64,000 nt of DNA from Auanema rhodensis. Taxonomy: Eukaryota; Animalia; Nematoda. Positions within the stretch are counted from its first letter, which is position 1; each line of letters opens with the position of its first letter. Positions 37,101-53,100 of this stretch are shown here, one piece after another. The notes under the pieces were generated by a model. That model did no database searches. It was not told where the DNA came from and saw only the letters and a program-made list of their open reading frames with translations. The stretch is taken from the NCBI GenBank assembly GCA_964057225.1, contig OZ059898.1:16926001-16990000 (forward strand), written 5' to 3'. The position numbers and the translations under genes are program-made.

Positions 37101-40100
37101 TCAAAATGTTTTTGGAAGCAATGTTGAGTGTACATGGAAACTCAACATACACTAATGCATCATTTTTCAAACGATCATAACAAATTTTTGTATTAAGCGT
37201 TTCTCAATGTAGTATAGTGCATTCGATGCGGATTTTTAAGCTGCGTCGATCTGTGTTATGAGATTTGCGCTAGCTTAAAAATGCACCGAGATATCAACTG
37301 ATATAAGTTCACACTTATATCCTCGATTTTCACCCTGAAGAATTAATTTTTTCGTTGAATAACATTGTCCATCGTCTTTGCTTTGAAAAAAGGAATCTAA
37401 AAACTTCTACTTTTTGCTAAATTATTCTGAAATTTTTCGAAAAAATTTTTGTCAAAATGTTTTTGGAAGCAATTTTGAGTATACATGGAAACTCAACATA
37501 CACTAATGCATCATTTTTCAAACGATCATAACTAATTTTTGTATTAAGCGTTTCTCAATGTAGTATAGTGCATTTGATGCGGATTTTTAAGCTGCGTCGA
37601 TCTGTGTTATCAAATTTGCGCTAGCTTAAAAATGCACCGAGATATCAACTGATATAAGTTCACACTTATATCCTCGATTTTCACCCTGAAGAAATAATTT
37701 TTTCGTTGAATAACATTGTCCATCGTCTTTGCCTTGAAAAAAGGAATCTAAAAACATCTACTTTTTGCTAAATTATTCTGAAATTTTTCGAAAAAATTTT
37801 TGTCAAAATGTTTTTGGAAGCAATGTTGAGTGTACATGGAAACTCAACATACACTAATGCATCATTTTTCAAACGATCATAACTAATTTTTGTATTAAGC
37901 GTTTCTCAATGTAGTATAGTGCATTTGATGCGGATTTTTAAGCTGCGTCGATCTGTGTTATCAAATTTGCGCTAGCTTAAAAATGCACCGAGATATCAAC
38001 TGATATAAGTTCACACTTATATCCTCGATTTTCACCCTGAAGAATTATTTTTTTCGTTGAATAACATTGTCCATCGTCTTTGCCTTGAAAAAAGGAATCT
38101 AAAAACATCTACTTTTTGCTAAATTATTTTGAAGTTTTTCGAAAAAATTTTTGTCAAAATGTTTTTGGAAGCAATTTTGAGTGTACATGGAAACTCAACA
38201 TACACTAATGCATCATTTTTCAAACGATCATAACTAATTTTTGTATTAAGCGTTTCTCAATGTAGTATAGTGCATTTGATGCGGATTTTTAAGCTGCGTC
38301 GATCTGTGTTATCAAATTTGCGCTAGCTTAAAAATGCACCGAGATATCAACTGATATAAGTTCACACTTATATCCTCAATTTTCACCCTGAAGAAATAAT
38401 TTTTTCGTTGAATAACATTGTCCATCGTCTTTGCCTTGAAAAAAGGAATCTAAAAACATCTACTTTTTGCTAAATTATTCTGAAATTTTTCGAAAAAATT
38501 TTTGTCAAAATGTTTTTGGAAGCAATGTTGAGTGTACATGGAAACTCAACATACACTAATGCATCATTTTTCAAACGATCATAACTAATTTTTGTATTAA
38601 GCGTTTCTCAATGTAGTATAGTGCATTCGATGCGGATTTTTAAGCTACGTCGATCTGTGTTATGAGATTTGCGCTAGCTTAAAAATGCACCGAGATATCA
38701 ACTGATATAAGTTCACACTTATATCCTCGATTTTCACCCTGAAGAATTAATTTTTTCGTTGAATAACATTGTCCATCGTCTTTGCTTTGAAAAAAGGAAT
38801 CTAAAAACATCTACTTTTTGCTAAATTATTCTGAAATTTTTCGAAAAAATTTTTGTCAAATTGTTTTTGGAAGCAATGTTGAGTGTACATGGAAACTCAA
38901 CATACACTAATGCATCATTTTTCAAACGATCATAACTAATTTTTGTATTAAGCGTTTCTCAATGTAGTATAGTGCATTCGATGCGGATTTTTAAGCTGCG
39001 TCGATCTGTGTTATGAGATTTGCGCTAGCTTAAAAATGCACCGAGATATCAACTGATATAAGTTCACACTTATATCCTCGATTTTCACCCTGAAGAATTA
39101 ATTTTTTCGTTGAATAACATTGTTCATCGTCTTTGCTTTGAAAAAAGGAATCTAAAATCTTCTATTTTTTGCTAAATTATTTTGAAATTTTTCGAAAAAA
39201 TTTTTGTCAAAATGTTTTTGGAAGCAATGTTGAGTGTACATGTAAACTCAACATACACTAATGCACCATTTTTCAAACAATCATAACTAATTTTTGTATT
39301 AAGCGTTTTTCAATGTAGTATAGTGCATTTGATGCGGATTTTTAAGCTGCGTCGATCTGTGTTATCAAATTTGCGCTAGCTTAAAAATGCACCGAGATAT
39401 CAACTGATATAAGTTCACACTTATATCCTCGATTTTCACCCTGAAGAAATAATTTTTTCGTTGAATAACATTGTCCATCGTCTTTGCCTTGAAAAAAGGA
39501 ATCAAAAACATCTACTTTTTGCTAAATTATTCTGAAATTTTTCGAAAAAATTTTTGTCAAAATGTTTTTGGAAGCAATGTTGAGTGTACATGGAAACTCA
39601 ACATACACTAATGCATCATTTTTCAAACGATCATAACTAATTTTTGTATTAAGCGTTTCTCAATGTAGTATAGTGCATTCGATGCGGATTTTTAAGCTGC
39701 GTCGATCTGTGTTATCAGATTTGCGCTAGCTTAAAAATGCACCGAGATATCAACTGATATAAGTTCACACTTATATCCTCGATTTTCACCCTGAAGAATT
39801 ATTTTTTTCGTTGAATAACATTGTCCATCGTCTTTGCCTTGAAAAAAGGAATCTAAAAACATCTACTTTTTGCTAAATTATTCTGAAATTTTTCGAAAAA
39901 ATTTTTGTCAAAATGTTTTTGGAAGCAATTTTGAGTGTACATGGAAACTCAACATACACTAATGCATCATTTTTCAAACGATCATAACTAATTTTTGTAT
40001 TAAGCGTTTCTCAATGTAGTATAGTGCATTCGATGCGGATTTTTAAGCTGCGTCGATCTATGTTATGAGATTTGCGCTAGCTTAAAAATGCACCGAGATA

Positions 40101-42199
40101 TCAACTGATATAAGTTCACACTTATACCCTCGATTTTCACCCTGAAGAATTAATTTTTTCGTTGAATAACATTGTTCATCGTCTTTGCTTTGAAAAAAGG
40201 AATCTAAAAACTTCTATTTTTTGCTAAATTATTTTGAAATTTTTCGAAAAAATTTTTGTCAAAATGTTTTTGGAAGCAATGTTGAGTGTACATGTAAACT
40301 CAACATACACTAATGCACCATTTTTCAAACAATCATAACTAATTTTTGTATTGAGCGTTTTTCAATGTAGTATAGTGCATTTGATGCGGATTTTTAAGCT
40401 GCGTCGATCTGTGTTATCAAATTTGCGCTAGCTTAAAAATGCACCGAGATATCAACTGATATAAGTTCACACTTATATCCTCGATTTTCACCCTGAAGAA
40501 ATAATTTTTTCGTTGAATAACATTGTCCATCGTCTTTGCCTTGAAAAAAGGAATCAAAAACATCTACTTTTTGCTAAATTATTCTGAAATTTTTCGAAAA
40601 AATTTTTGTCAAAATGTTTTTGGAAGCAATGTTGAGTTTACATGGAAACTCAACATACACTAATGCATCATTTTTCAAACGATCATAACTAATTTTTGTA
40701 TTAAGCGTTTCTCAATGTAGTATAGTGCATTCGATGCGGATTTTTAAGCTGCGTCGATCTGTGTTATCAGATTTGCGCTAGCTTAAAAATGCACCGAGAT
40801 ATCAACTGATATATGTTCACACTTATATCCTCGATTTTCACCCTGAAGAATTATTTTTTTCGTTGAATAACATTGTCCATCGTCTTTGCCTTGAAAAAAA
40901 GAATCTAAAAACATCTACTTTTTGCTAAATTATTCTGAAATTTTTCGAAAAAATTTTTGTCAAAATGTTTTTGGAAGCAATTTTGAGTGTACATGGAAAC
41001 TCAACATACACTAATGCATCATTTTTCAAACGATCATAACTAATTTTTGTATTAAGCGTTTCTCAATGTAGTATAGTGCATTTGATGCGGATTTTTAAGC
41101 TGCGTCGATCTGTGTTATCAAATTTGCGCTAGCTTAAAAATGCACCGAGATATCAACTGATATAAGTTCACACTTATATCCTCGATTTTCACCCTGAAGA
41201 ATTATTTTTTTCGTTGAATAACATTGTCCATCGTCTTTGCCTTGAAAAAAGGAATCTAAAAACATCTACTTTTTGCTAAATTATTCTGAAATTTTTCGAA
41301 AAAATTTTTGTCAAAATGTTTTTGGAAGCAATTTTGAGTGTACATGGAAACTCAACATACACTAATGCATCATTTTTCAAACTATCATAACTAATTTTTG
41401 TATTAAGCGTTTCTCAATGTAGTATAGTGCATTTGATGCGGATTTTTAAGCTGCGTCGATCTGTGTTATCAAATTTGCGCTAGCTTAAAAATGCACCGAG
41501 ATATCAACTGATATAAGTTCACACTTATATCCTCGATTTTCACCCTGAAGAAATAATTTTTTCGTTGAATAACATTGTCCATCGTCTTTGCCTTGAAAAA
41601 AGGAATCTAAAAACATCTACTTTTTGCTAAATTATTCTGAAATTTTTCGAAAAAATTTTTGTCAAAATGTTTTTGGAAGCAATGTTGAGTGTACATGGAA
41701 ACTCAACATACACTAATGCATCATTTTTCAAACGATCATAACTAATTTTTGTATTAAGCGTTTCTCAATGTAGTATAGTGCATTCGATGCGGATTTTCAA
41801 GCTGCGTCGATCTGTGTTATGAGATTTGCGCTAGCTTAAAAATGCACCGAGATATCAACTGATATAAGTTCACACTTATATCCTCGATTTTCACCCTGAA
41901 GAATTAATTTTTTCGTTGAATAACATTGTCCATCGTCTTTGCTTTGAAAAAAGGAATCTAAAAACATCTACTTTTTGCTAAATTATTCTGAAATTTTTCG
42001 AAAAAATTTTTGTCAAAATGTTTTTGGAAGCAATGTTGAGTGTACATGGAAACTCAACATACACTAATGCATCATTTTTCAAACGATCATAACTAATTTT
42101 TGTATTAAGCGTTTCTCAATGTAGTATAGTGCATTCGATGCGGATTTTTAAGCTGCGTCGATCTGTGTTATGAGATTTGCGCTAGCTTAAAAATGCACC

Positions 42200-45100
42200 G
42201 AGATATCAACTGATATAAGTTCACACTTATATCCTCGATTTTCACCCTGAAGAAATAATTTTTTCGTTGAATAACATTGTCCATCGTCTTTGCCTTGAAA
42301 AAAGGAATCTAAAAACATCTACTTTTTGCTAAATTATTCTGAAATTTTTCGAAAAAATTTTTGTCAAAATGTTTTTGGAAGCAATGTTGAGTGTACATGG
42401 AAACTCAACATACACTAATGCATCATTTTTCAAACGATCATAACTAATTTTTGTATTAAGCGTTTCTCAATGTAGTATAGTGCATTCGATGCGGATTTTT
42501 AAACTGCGTCGATCTGTGTTATCAGATTTGCGCTAGCTTAAAAATGCACCGAGATATGAACTGATATAAGTTCACACTTATATCCTCGATTTTCACCCTG
42601 AAGAATTATTTTTTTCGTTGAATAACATTGTCTATCGTCTTTGCCTTGAAAAAAGAAATCTAAAAACATCTACTTTTTGCTAAATTATTCTGAAATTTTT
42701 CGAAAAAATTTTTGTCAAAATGTTTTTGGAAGCAATGTTGAGTGTACATGGAAACTCAACATACACTAATGCATCATTTTTCAAACGATCATAACTAATT
42801 TTTGTATTAAGCGTTTCTCAATGTAGTATAGTGCATTCGATGCGGATTTTCAAGCTGCGTCGATCTGTGTTATCAGATTTTCGTTAGCTTAAAAATGCAC
42901 CGAGATATCAACTGATATAAGTTCACACTTATATCCTCGATTTTCACCCTGAAGAATTAATTTTTTCGTTGAATAACATTGTCCATCGTCTTTGCCTTGA
43001 AAAAAGGAATCTAAAAACATCTACTTTTTGCTAAATTATTTTGAAGTTTTTCGAAAAAATTTTTGTCAAAATGTTTTTGGAAGCAATGTTGAGTGTACAT
43101 GGAAACTCAACATACACTAATGCATCATTTTTCAAACGATCATAACTAATTTTTGTATTAAGCGTTTCTCAATGTAGTATAGTGCATTCGATGCGGATTT
43201 TCAAGCTGCGTCGATCTGTGTTATCAGATTTGCGCTAGCTTAAAAATGCACCGAGATATCAACTGATATAAGTTCACACTTATATCCTCGATTTTCACCC
43301 TGAAGAATTAACTTTTTTGTTGAATAACATTGTCCATCGTCTTTGCCTTGAGAAAAGGAATTTGAAAACATCTACTTTTTGCTAAATTATTTTGAAATTT
43401 TTCGAAAAAATTTTTGTCAAAATGTTTTTGGAAGCAATGTTGAGTGTACATGGAAACTCAACATACACTAATGCATCATTTTTCAAACGATCATAACTAA
43501 TTTTTGTATTAAGCGTTTCTCAATGTAGTATAGTGCATTTGATGCGGATTTTTAAGCTGCGTCGATCTGTGTTATCAAATTTGCGCTAGCTTAAAAATGC
43601 ACCGAGATATCAACTGATATAAGTTCACACTTATATCCTCGATTTTCACCCTGAAGAAATAATTTTTTCGTTGAATAACATTGTCCATCGTCTTTGCCTT
43701 GAAAAAAGGAATCTAAAAACATCTACTTTTTGCTAAATTATTCTGAAATTTTTCGAAAAAATTTTTGTCAAAATGTTTTTGGAAGCAATGTTGAGTGTAC
43801 ATGGAAACTCAACATACACTAATGCATCATTTTTCAAACGATCATAACTAATTTTTGTATTAAGCGTTTCTCAATGTAGTATAGTGCATTCGATGCGGAT
43901 TTTTAAACTGCGTCGATCTGTGTTATCAGATTTGCGCTAGCTTAAAAATGCACCGAGATATCAACTGATATAAGTTCACACTTATATCCTCGATTTTCAC
44001 CCTGAAGAAATAATTTTTTCGTTGAATAACATTGTCCATCGTCTTTGCCTTGAAAAAAGGAATCTAAAAACATCTACTTTTTGCTAAATTATTCTGAAAT
44101 TTTTCGAAAAAATTTTTGTCAAAATGTTTTTGGAAGCAATGTTGAGTGTACATGGAAACTCAACATACACTAATGCATCATTTTTCAAACGATCATAACT
44201 AATTTTTGTATTAAGCGTTTCTCAATGTAGTATAGTGCATTCGATGCGGATTTTTAAACTGCGTCGATCTGTGTTATCAGATTTGCGCTAGCTTAAAAAT
44301 GCACCGAGATATGAACTGATATAAGTTCACACTTATATCCTCGATTTTCACCCTGAAGAATTATTTTTTTCGTTGAATAACATTGTCTATCGTCTTTGCC
44401 TTGAAAAAAGAAATCTAAAAACATCTACTTTTTGCTAAATTATTCTGAAATTTTTCGAAAAAATTTTTGTCAAAATGTTTTTGGAAGCAATGTTGAGTGT
44501 ACATGGAAACTCAACATACACTAATGCATCATTTTTCAAACGATCATAACTAATTTTTGTATTAAGCGTTTCTCAATGTAGTATAGTGCATTCGATGCGG
44601 ATTTTCAAGCTGCGTCGATCTGTGTTATCAGATTTTCGTTAGCTTAAAAATGCACCGAGATATCAACTGATATAAGTTCACACTTATATCCTCGATTTTC
44701 ACCCTGAAGAATTAATTTTTTCGTTGAATAACATTGTCCATCGTCTTTGCCTTGAAAAAAGGAATCTAAAAACATCTACTTTTTGCTAAATTATTTTGAA
44801 GTTTTTCGAAAAAATTTTTGTCAAAATGTTTTTGGAAGCAATGTTGAGTGTACATGGAAACTCAACATACACTAATGCATCATTTTTCAAACGATCATAA
44901 CTAATTTTTGTATTAAGCGTTTCTCAATGTAGTATAGTGCATTCGATGCGGATTTTCAAGCTGCGTCGATCTGTGTTATCAGATTTGCGCTAGCTTAAAA
45001 ATGCACCGAGATATCAACTGATATAAGTTCACACTTATATCCTCGATTTTCACCCTGAAGAATTAACTTTTTTGTTGAATAACATTGTCCATCGTCTTTG

Positions 45101-47700
45101 CCTTGAGAAAAGGAATTTGAAAACATCTACTTTTTGCTAAATTATTTTGAAATTTTTCGAAAAAATTTTTGTCAAAATGTTTTTGGAAGCAATGTTGAGT
45201 GTACATGGAAACTCAACATACACTAATGCATCATTTTTCAAACGATCATAACTAATTTTTGTATTAAGCGTTTCTCAATGTAGTATAGTGCATTTGATGC
45301 GGATTTTTAAGCTGCGTCGATCTGTGTTATCAAATTTGCGCTAGCTTAAAAATGCACCGAGATATCAACTGATATAAGTTCACACTTATATCCTCGATTT
45401 TCACCCTGAAGAAATAATTTTTTCGTTGAATAACATTGTCCATCGTCTTTGCCTTGAAAAAAGGAATCTAAAAACATCTACTTTTTGCTAAATTATTCTG
45501 AAATTTTTCGAAAAAATTTTTGTCAAAATGTTTTTGGAAGCAATGTTGAGTGTACATGGAAACTCAACATACACTAATGCATCATTTTTCAAACGATCAT
45601 AACTAATTTTTGTATTAAGCGTTTCTCAATGTAGTATAGTGCATTCGATGCGGATTTTTAAACTGCGTCGATCTGTGTTATCAGATTTGCGCTAGCTTAA
45701 AAATGCACCGAGATATCAACTGATATAAGTTCACACTTATATCCTCGATTTTCACCCTGAAGAAATAATTTTTTCGTTGAATAACATTGTCCATCGTCTT
45801 TGCCTTGAAAAAAGGAATCTAAAAACATCTACTTTTTGCTAAATTATTCTGAAATTTTTCGAAAAAATTTTTGTCAAAATGTTTTTGGAAGCAATGTTGA
45901 GTGTACATGGAAACTCAACATACACTAATGCATCATTTTTCAAACGATCATAACTAATTTTTGTATTAAGCGTTTCTCAATGTAGTATAGTGCATTCGAT
46001 GCGGATTTTTAAACTGCGTCGATCTGTGTTATCAGATTTGCGCTAGCTTAAAAATGCACCGAGATATGAACTGATATAAGTTCACACTTATATCCTCGAT
46101 TTTCACCCTGAAGAATTATTTTTTTCGTTGAATAACATTGTCTATCGTCTTTGCCTTGAAAAAAGAAATCTAAAAACATCTACTTTTTGCTAAATTATTC
46201 TGAAATTTTTCGAAAAAATTTTTGTCAAAATGTTTTTGGAAGCAATGTTGAGTGTACATGGAAACTCAACATACACTAATGCATCATTTTTCAAACGATC
46301 ATAACTAATTTTTGTATTAAGCGTTTCTCAATGTAGTATAGTGCATTCGATGCGGATTTTTAAACTGCGTCGATCTGTGTTATCAGATTTGCGCTAGCTT
46401 AAAAATGCACCGAGATATGAACTGATATAAGTTCACACTTATATCCTCGATTTTCACCCTGAAGAATTATTTTTTTCGTTGAATAACATTGTCTATCGTC
46501 TTTGCCTTGAAAAAAGAAATCTAAAAACATCTACTTTTTGCTAAATTATTCTGAAATTTTTCGAAAAAATTTTTGTCAAAATGTTTTTGGAAGCAATGTT
46601 GAGTGTACATGGAAACTCAACATACACTAATGCATCATTTTTCAAACGATCATAACTAATTTTTGTATTAAGCGTTTCTCAATGTAGTATAGTGCATTCG
46701 ATGCGGATTTTCAAGCTGCGTCGATCTGTGTTATCAGATTTTCGTTAGCTTAAAAATGCACCGAGATATCAACTGATATAAGTTCACACTTATATCCTCG
46801 ATTTTCACCCTGAAGAATTAATTTTTTCGTTGAATAACATTGTCCATCGTCTTTGCCTTGAAAAAAGGAATCTAAAAACATCTACTTTTTGCTAAATTAT
46901 TTTGAAGTTTTTCGAAAAAATTTTTGTCAAAATGTTTTTGGAAGCAATGTTGAGTGTACATGGAAACTCAACATACACTAATGCATCATTTTTCAAACGA
47001 TCATAACTAATTTTTGTATTAAGCGTTTCTCAATGTAGTATAGTGCATTCGATGCGGATTTTCAAGCTGCGTCGATCTGTGTTATCAGATTTGCGCTAGC
47101 TTAAAAATGCACCGAGATATCAACTGATATAAGTTCACACTTATATCCTCGATTTTCACCCTGAAGAATTAACTTTTTTGTTGAATAACATTGTCCATCG
47201 TCTTTGCCTTGAGAAAAGGAATTTGAAAACATCTACTTTTTGCTAAATTATTTTGAAATTTTTCGAAAAAATTTTTGTCAAAATGTTTTTGGAAGCAATG
47301 TTGAGTGTACATGGAAACTCAACATACACTAATGCATCATTTTTCAAACGATCATAACTAATTTTTGTATTAAGCGTTTCTCAATGTAGTATAGTGCATT
47401 TGATGCGGATTTTTAAGCTGCGTCGATCTGTGTTATCAAATTTGCGCTAGCTTAAAAATGCACCGAGATATCAACTGATATAAGTTCACACTTATATCCT
47501 CGATTTTCACCCTGAAGAAATAATTTTTTCGTTGAATAACATTGTCCATCGTCTTTGCCTTGAAAAAAGGAATCTAAAAACATCTACTTTTTGCTAAATT
47601 ATTCTGAAATTTTTCGAAAAAATTTTTGTCAAAATGTTTTTGGAAGCAATGTTGAGTGTACATGGAAACTCAACATACACTAATGCATCATTTTTCAAAC
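42200..47700. repeat. 5-monomer higher-order repeat, ~3 copies, with one extra monomer, approximate limits
   Basis: TTAACTTTTTTG variant at 43312, 45067 and 47173 (gaps 1755 and 2106), travelling with the TGTCTATC and TTTTCGTTAG variants. Confidence 0.82.
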
Positions 47701-50199
47701 GATCATAACTAATTTTTGTATTAAGCGTTTCTCAATGTAGTATAGTGCATTCGATGCGGATTTTTAAACTGCGTCGATCTGTGTTATCAGATTTGCGCTA
47801 GCTTAAAAATGCACCGAGATATGAACTGATATAAGTTCACACTTATATCCTCGATTTTCACCCTGAAGAATTATTTTTTTCGTTGAATAACATTGTCCAT
47901 CGTCTTTGCCTTGAAAAAAGAAATCTAAAAACATCTACTTTTTGCTAAATTATTCTGAAATTTTTCGAAAAAATTTTTGTCAAAATGTTTTTGGAAGCAA
48001 TGTTGAGTGTACATGGAAACTCAACATACACTAATGCATCATTTTTCAAACGATCATAACTAATTTTTGTATTAAGCGTTTCTCAATGTAGTATAGTGCA
48101 TTCGATGCGGATTTTTAAACTGCGTCGATCTGTGTTATCAGATTTGCGCTAGCTTAAAAATGCACCGAGATATGAACTGATATAAGTTCACACTTATATC
48201 CTCGATTTTCACCCTGAAGAATTAACTTTTTTGTTGAATAACATTGTCCATCGTCTTTGCCTTGAGAAAAGGAATTTGAAAACATCTACTTTTTGCTAAA
48301 TTATTTTGAAATTTTTCGAAAAAATTTTTGTCAAAATGTTTTTGGAAGCAATGTTGAGTGTACATGGAAACTCAACATACACTAATGCATCATTTTTCAA
48401 ACGATCATAACTAATTTTTGTATTAAGCGTTTCTCAATGTAGTATAGTGCATTTGATGCGGATTTTTAAGCTGCGTCGATCTGTGTTATCAAATTTGCGC
48501 TAGCTTAAAAATGCACCGAGATATCAACTGATATAAGTTCACACTTATATCCTCGATTTTCACCCTGAAGAAATAATTTTTTCGTTGAATAACATTGTCC
48601 ATCGTCTTTGCCTTGAAAAAAGGAATCTAAAAACATCTACTTTTTGCTAAATTATTCTGAAATTTTTCGAAAAAATTTTTGTCAAAATGTTTTTGGAAGC
48701 AATGTTGAGTGTACATGGAAACTCAACATACACTAATGCATCATTTTTCAAACGATCATAACTAATTTTTGTATTAAGCGTTTCTCAATGTAGTATAGTG
48801 CATTCGATGCGGATTTTTAAACTGCGTCGATCTGTGTTATCAGATTTGCGCTAGCTTAAAAATGCACCGAGATATGAACTGATATAAGTTCACACTTATA
48901 TCCTCGATTTTCACCCTGAAGAATTATTTTTTTCGTTGAATAACATTGTCCATCGTCTTTGCCTTGAAAAAAGAAATCTAAAAACATCTACTTTTTGCTA
49001 AATTATTCTGAAATTTTTCGAAAAAATTTTTGTCAAAATGTTTTTGGAAGCAATGTTGAGTGTACATGGAAACTCAACATACACTAATGCATCATTTTTC
49101 AAACGATCATAACTAATTTTTGTATTAAGCGTTTCTCAATGTAGTATAGTGCATTCGATGCGGATTTTCAAGCTGCGTCGATCTGTGTTATCAGATTTTC
49201 GCTAGCTTAAAAATGCACCGAGATATGAACTGATATAAGTTCACACTTATATCCTCGATTTTCACCCTGAAGAATTATTTTTTTCGTTGAATAACATTGT
49301 CCATCGTCTTTGCCTTGAAAAAAGGAATCTAAAAACATCTACTTTTTGCTAAATTATTCTGAAATTTTTCGAAAAAATTTTTGTCAAAATGTTTTTGGAA
49401 GCAATGTTGAGTGTACATGGAAACTCAACATACACTAATGCATCATTTTTCAAACGATCATAACTAATTTTTGTATTAAGCGTTTCTCAATGTAGTATAG
49501 TGCATTCGATGCGGATTTTTAAACTGCGTCGATCTGTGTTATCAGATTTGCGCTAGCTTAAAAATGCACCGAGATATGAACTGATATAAGTTCACACTTA
49601 TATCCTCGATTTTCACCCTGAAGAATTATTTTTTTCGTTGAATAACATTGTCCATCGTCTTTGCCTTGAAAAAAGAAATCTAAAAACATCTACTTTTTGC
49701 TAAATTATTCTGAAATTTTTCGAAAAAATTTTTGTCAAAATGTTTTTGGAAGCAATGTTGAGTGTACATGGAAACTCAACATACACTAATGCATCATTTT
49801 TCAAACGATCATAACTAATTTTTGTATTAAGCGTTTCTCAATGTAGTATAGTGCATTCGATGCGGATTTTCAAGCTGCGTCGATCTGTGTTATCAGATTT
49901 TCGCTAGCTTAAAAATGCACCGAGATATGAACTGATATAAGTTCACACTTATATCCTCGATTTTCACCCTGAAGAATTATTTTTTTCGTTGAATAACATT
50001 GTCCATCGTCTTTGCCTTGAAAAAAGGAATCTAAAAACATCTACTTTTTGCTAAATTATTCTGAAATTTTTCGAAAAAATTTTTGTCAAAATGTTTTTGG
50101 AAGCAATGTTGAGTGTACATGGAAACTCAACATACACTAATGCATCATTTTTCAAACGATCATAACTAATTTTTGTATTAAGCGTTTCTTAATGTAGTA

Positions 50200-53100
50200 T
50201 AGTGCATTCGATGCGGATTTTTAAGCTGCGTCGATCTGTGTTATCAGATTTGCGCTAGCTTAAAAATGCACCGAGATATGAACTGATATAAGTTCACACT
50301 TATATCCTCGATTTTCACCCTGAAGAATTATTTTTTTCGTTGAATAACATTGTCCATCGTCTTTGCCTTGAAAAAAGAAATCTAAAAACATCTACTTTTT
50401 GCTAAATTATTCTGAAATTTTTCGAAAAAATTTTTGTCAAAATGTTTTTGGAAGCAATGTTGAGTGTACATGGAAACTCAACATACACTAATGCATCATT
50501 TTTCAAACGATCATAACTAATTTTTGTATTAAGCGTTTCTCAATGTAGTATAGTGCATTCGATGCGGATTTTCAAGCTGCGTCGATCTGTGTTATCAGAT
50601 TTTCGTTAGCTTAAAAATGCACCGAGATATCAACTGATATAAGTTCACACTTATATCCTCGATTTTCACCCTGAAGAATTAATTTTTTCGTTGAATAACA
50701 TTGTCCATCGTCTTTGCCTTGAAAAAAGGAATCTAAAAACATCTACTTTTTGCTAAATTATTCTGAAATTTTTCGAAAAAATTTTTGTCAAAATGTTTTT
50801 GGAAGCAATGTTGAGTGTACATGGAAACTCAACATACACTAATGCATCATTTTTCAAACGATCATAACTAATTTTTGTATTAAGCGTTTCTTAATGTAGT
50901 ATAGTGCATTCGATGCGGATTTTCAAGCTGCGTCGATCTGTGTTATGAGATTTGCGCTAGCTTAAAAATGCACCGAGATATCAACTGATATAAGTTCACA
51001 CATATATACTCGATTTTCACCCTGAAGAATTAATTTTTTCGTTGAATAACATTGTCCATCGTCTTTGCTTTGAAAAAAGGAATCTAAAAACATCTACTTT
51101 TTGCTAAATTATTCTGAAATTTTTCGAAAAAATTTTTGTCAAAATGTTTTTGGAAGCAATGTTGAGTGTACATGGAAACTCAACATACACTAATGCATCA
51201 TTTTTCAAACGATCATAACTAATTTTTGTATTAAGCGTTTCTCAATGTAGTATAGTGCATTCGATGCGGATTTTTAAGCTGCGTCGATCTGTGTTATGAG
51301 ATTTGCGCTAGCTTAAAAATGCACCGAGATATCAACTGATATAAGTTCACACTTATATCCTCGATTTTCACCCTGAAGAATTAATTTTTTCGTTGAATAA
51401 CATTGTCCATCGTCTTTGCTTTGAAAAAAGGAATCTAAAAACTTCTATTTTTTGCTAAATTATTTTGAAATTTTTCGAAAAAATTTTTGTCAAAATGTTT
51501 TTGGAAGCAATGTTGAGTGTACATGGAAACTCAACATACACTAATGCATCATTTTTCAAAGGATCATAACTAATTTTTGTATTAAGCGTTTCTTAATGTA
51601 GTATAGTGCATTCGATGCGGATTTTTAAACTGCGTCGATCTGTGTTATCAGATTTGCGCTAGCTTAAAAATGCACCGAGATATGAACTGATATAAGTTCA
51701 CACTTATATCCTCGATTTTCACCCTGAAGAATTATTTTTTTCGTTGAATAACATTGTCCATCGTCTTTGCCTTGAAAAAAGAAATCTAAAAACATCTACT
51801 TTTTGCTAAATTATTCTGAAATTTTTCGAAAAAATTTTTGTCAAAATGTTTTTGGAAGCAATGTTGAGTGTACATGGAAACTCAACATACACTAATGCAT
51901 CATTTTTCAAACGATCATAACTAATTTTTGTATTGAGCGTTTCTCAATGTAGTATAGTGCATTCGATGCGGATTTTCAAGCTGCGTCGATCTGTGTTATC
52001 AGATTTTCGTTAGCTTAAAAATGCACCGAGATATCAACTGATATAAGTTCACACTTATATCCTCGATTTTCACCCTGAAGAATTAATTTTTTCGTTGAAT
52101 AACATTGTCCATCGTCTTTGCCTTGAAAAAAGGAATCTAAAAACATCTACTTTTTGCTAAATTATTCTGAAATTTTTCGAAAAAATTTTTGTCAAAATGT
52201 TTTTGGAAGCAATGTTGAGTGTACATGGAAACTCAACATACACTAATGCATCATTTTTCAAACGATCATAACTAATTTTTGTATTAAGCGTTTCTCAATG
52301 TAGTATAGTGCATTCGATGCGGATTTTTAAGCTGCGTCGATCTGTGTTATCAGATTTGCGCTAGCTTAAAAATGCACCGAGATATGAACTGATATAAGTT
52401 CACACTTATATCCTCGATTTTCACCCTGAAGAATTATTTTTTTCGTTGAATAACATTGTCCATCGTCTTTGCCTTGAAAAAAGAAATCTAAAAACATCTA
52501 CTTTTTGCTAAATTATTCTGAAATTTTTCGAAAAAATTTTTGTCAAAATGTTTTTGGAAGCAATGTTGAGTGTACATGGAAACTCAACATACACTAATGC
52601 ATCATTTTTCAAACGATCATAACTAATTTTTGTATTAAGCGTTTCTCAATGTAGTATAGTGCATTTGATGCGGATTTTTAAGCTGCGTCGATCTGTGTTA
52701 TCAAATTTGCGCTAGCTTAAAAATGCACCGAGATATCAACTGATATAAGTTCACACTTATATCCTCGATTTTCACCCTGAAGAAATAATTTTTTCGTTGA
52801 ATAACATTGTCCATCGTCTTTGCCTTGAAAAAAGGAATCTAAAAACATCTACTTTTTGCTAAATTATTCTGAAATTTTTCGAAAAAATTTTTGTCAAAAT
52901 GTTTTTGGAAGCAATGTTGAGTGTACATGGAAACTCAACATACACTAATGCATCATTTTTCAAACGATCATAACTAATTTTTGTATTAAGCGTTTCTCAA
53001 TGTAGTATAGTGCATTCGATGCGGATTTTTAAACTGCGTCGATCTGTGTTATCAGATTTGCGCTAGCTTAAAAATGCACCGAGATATGAACTGATATAAG

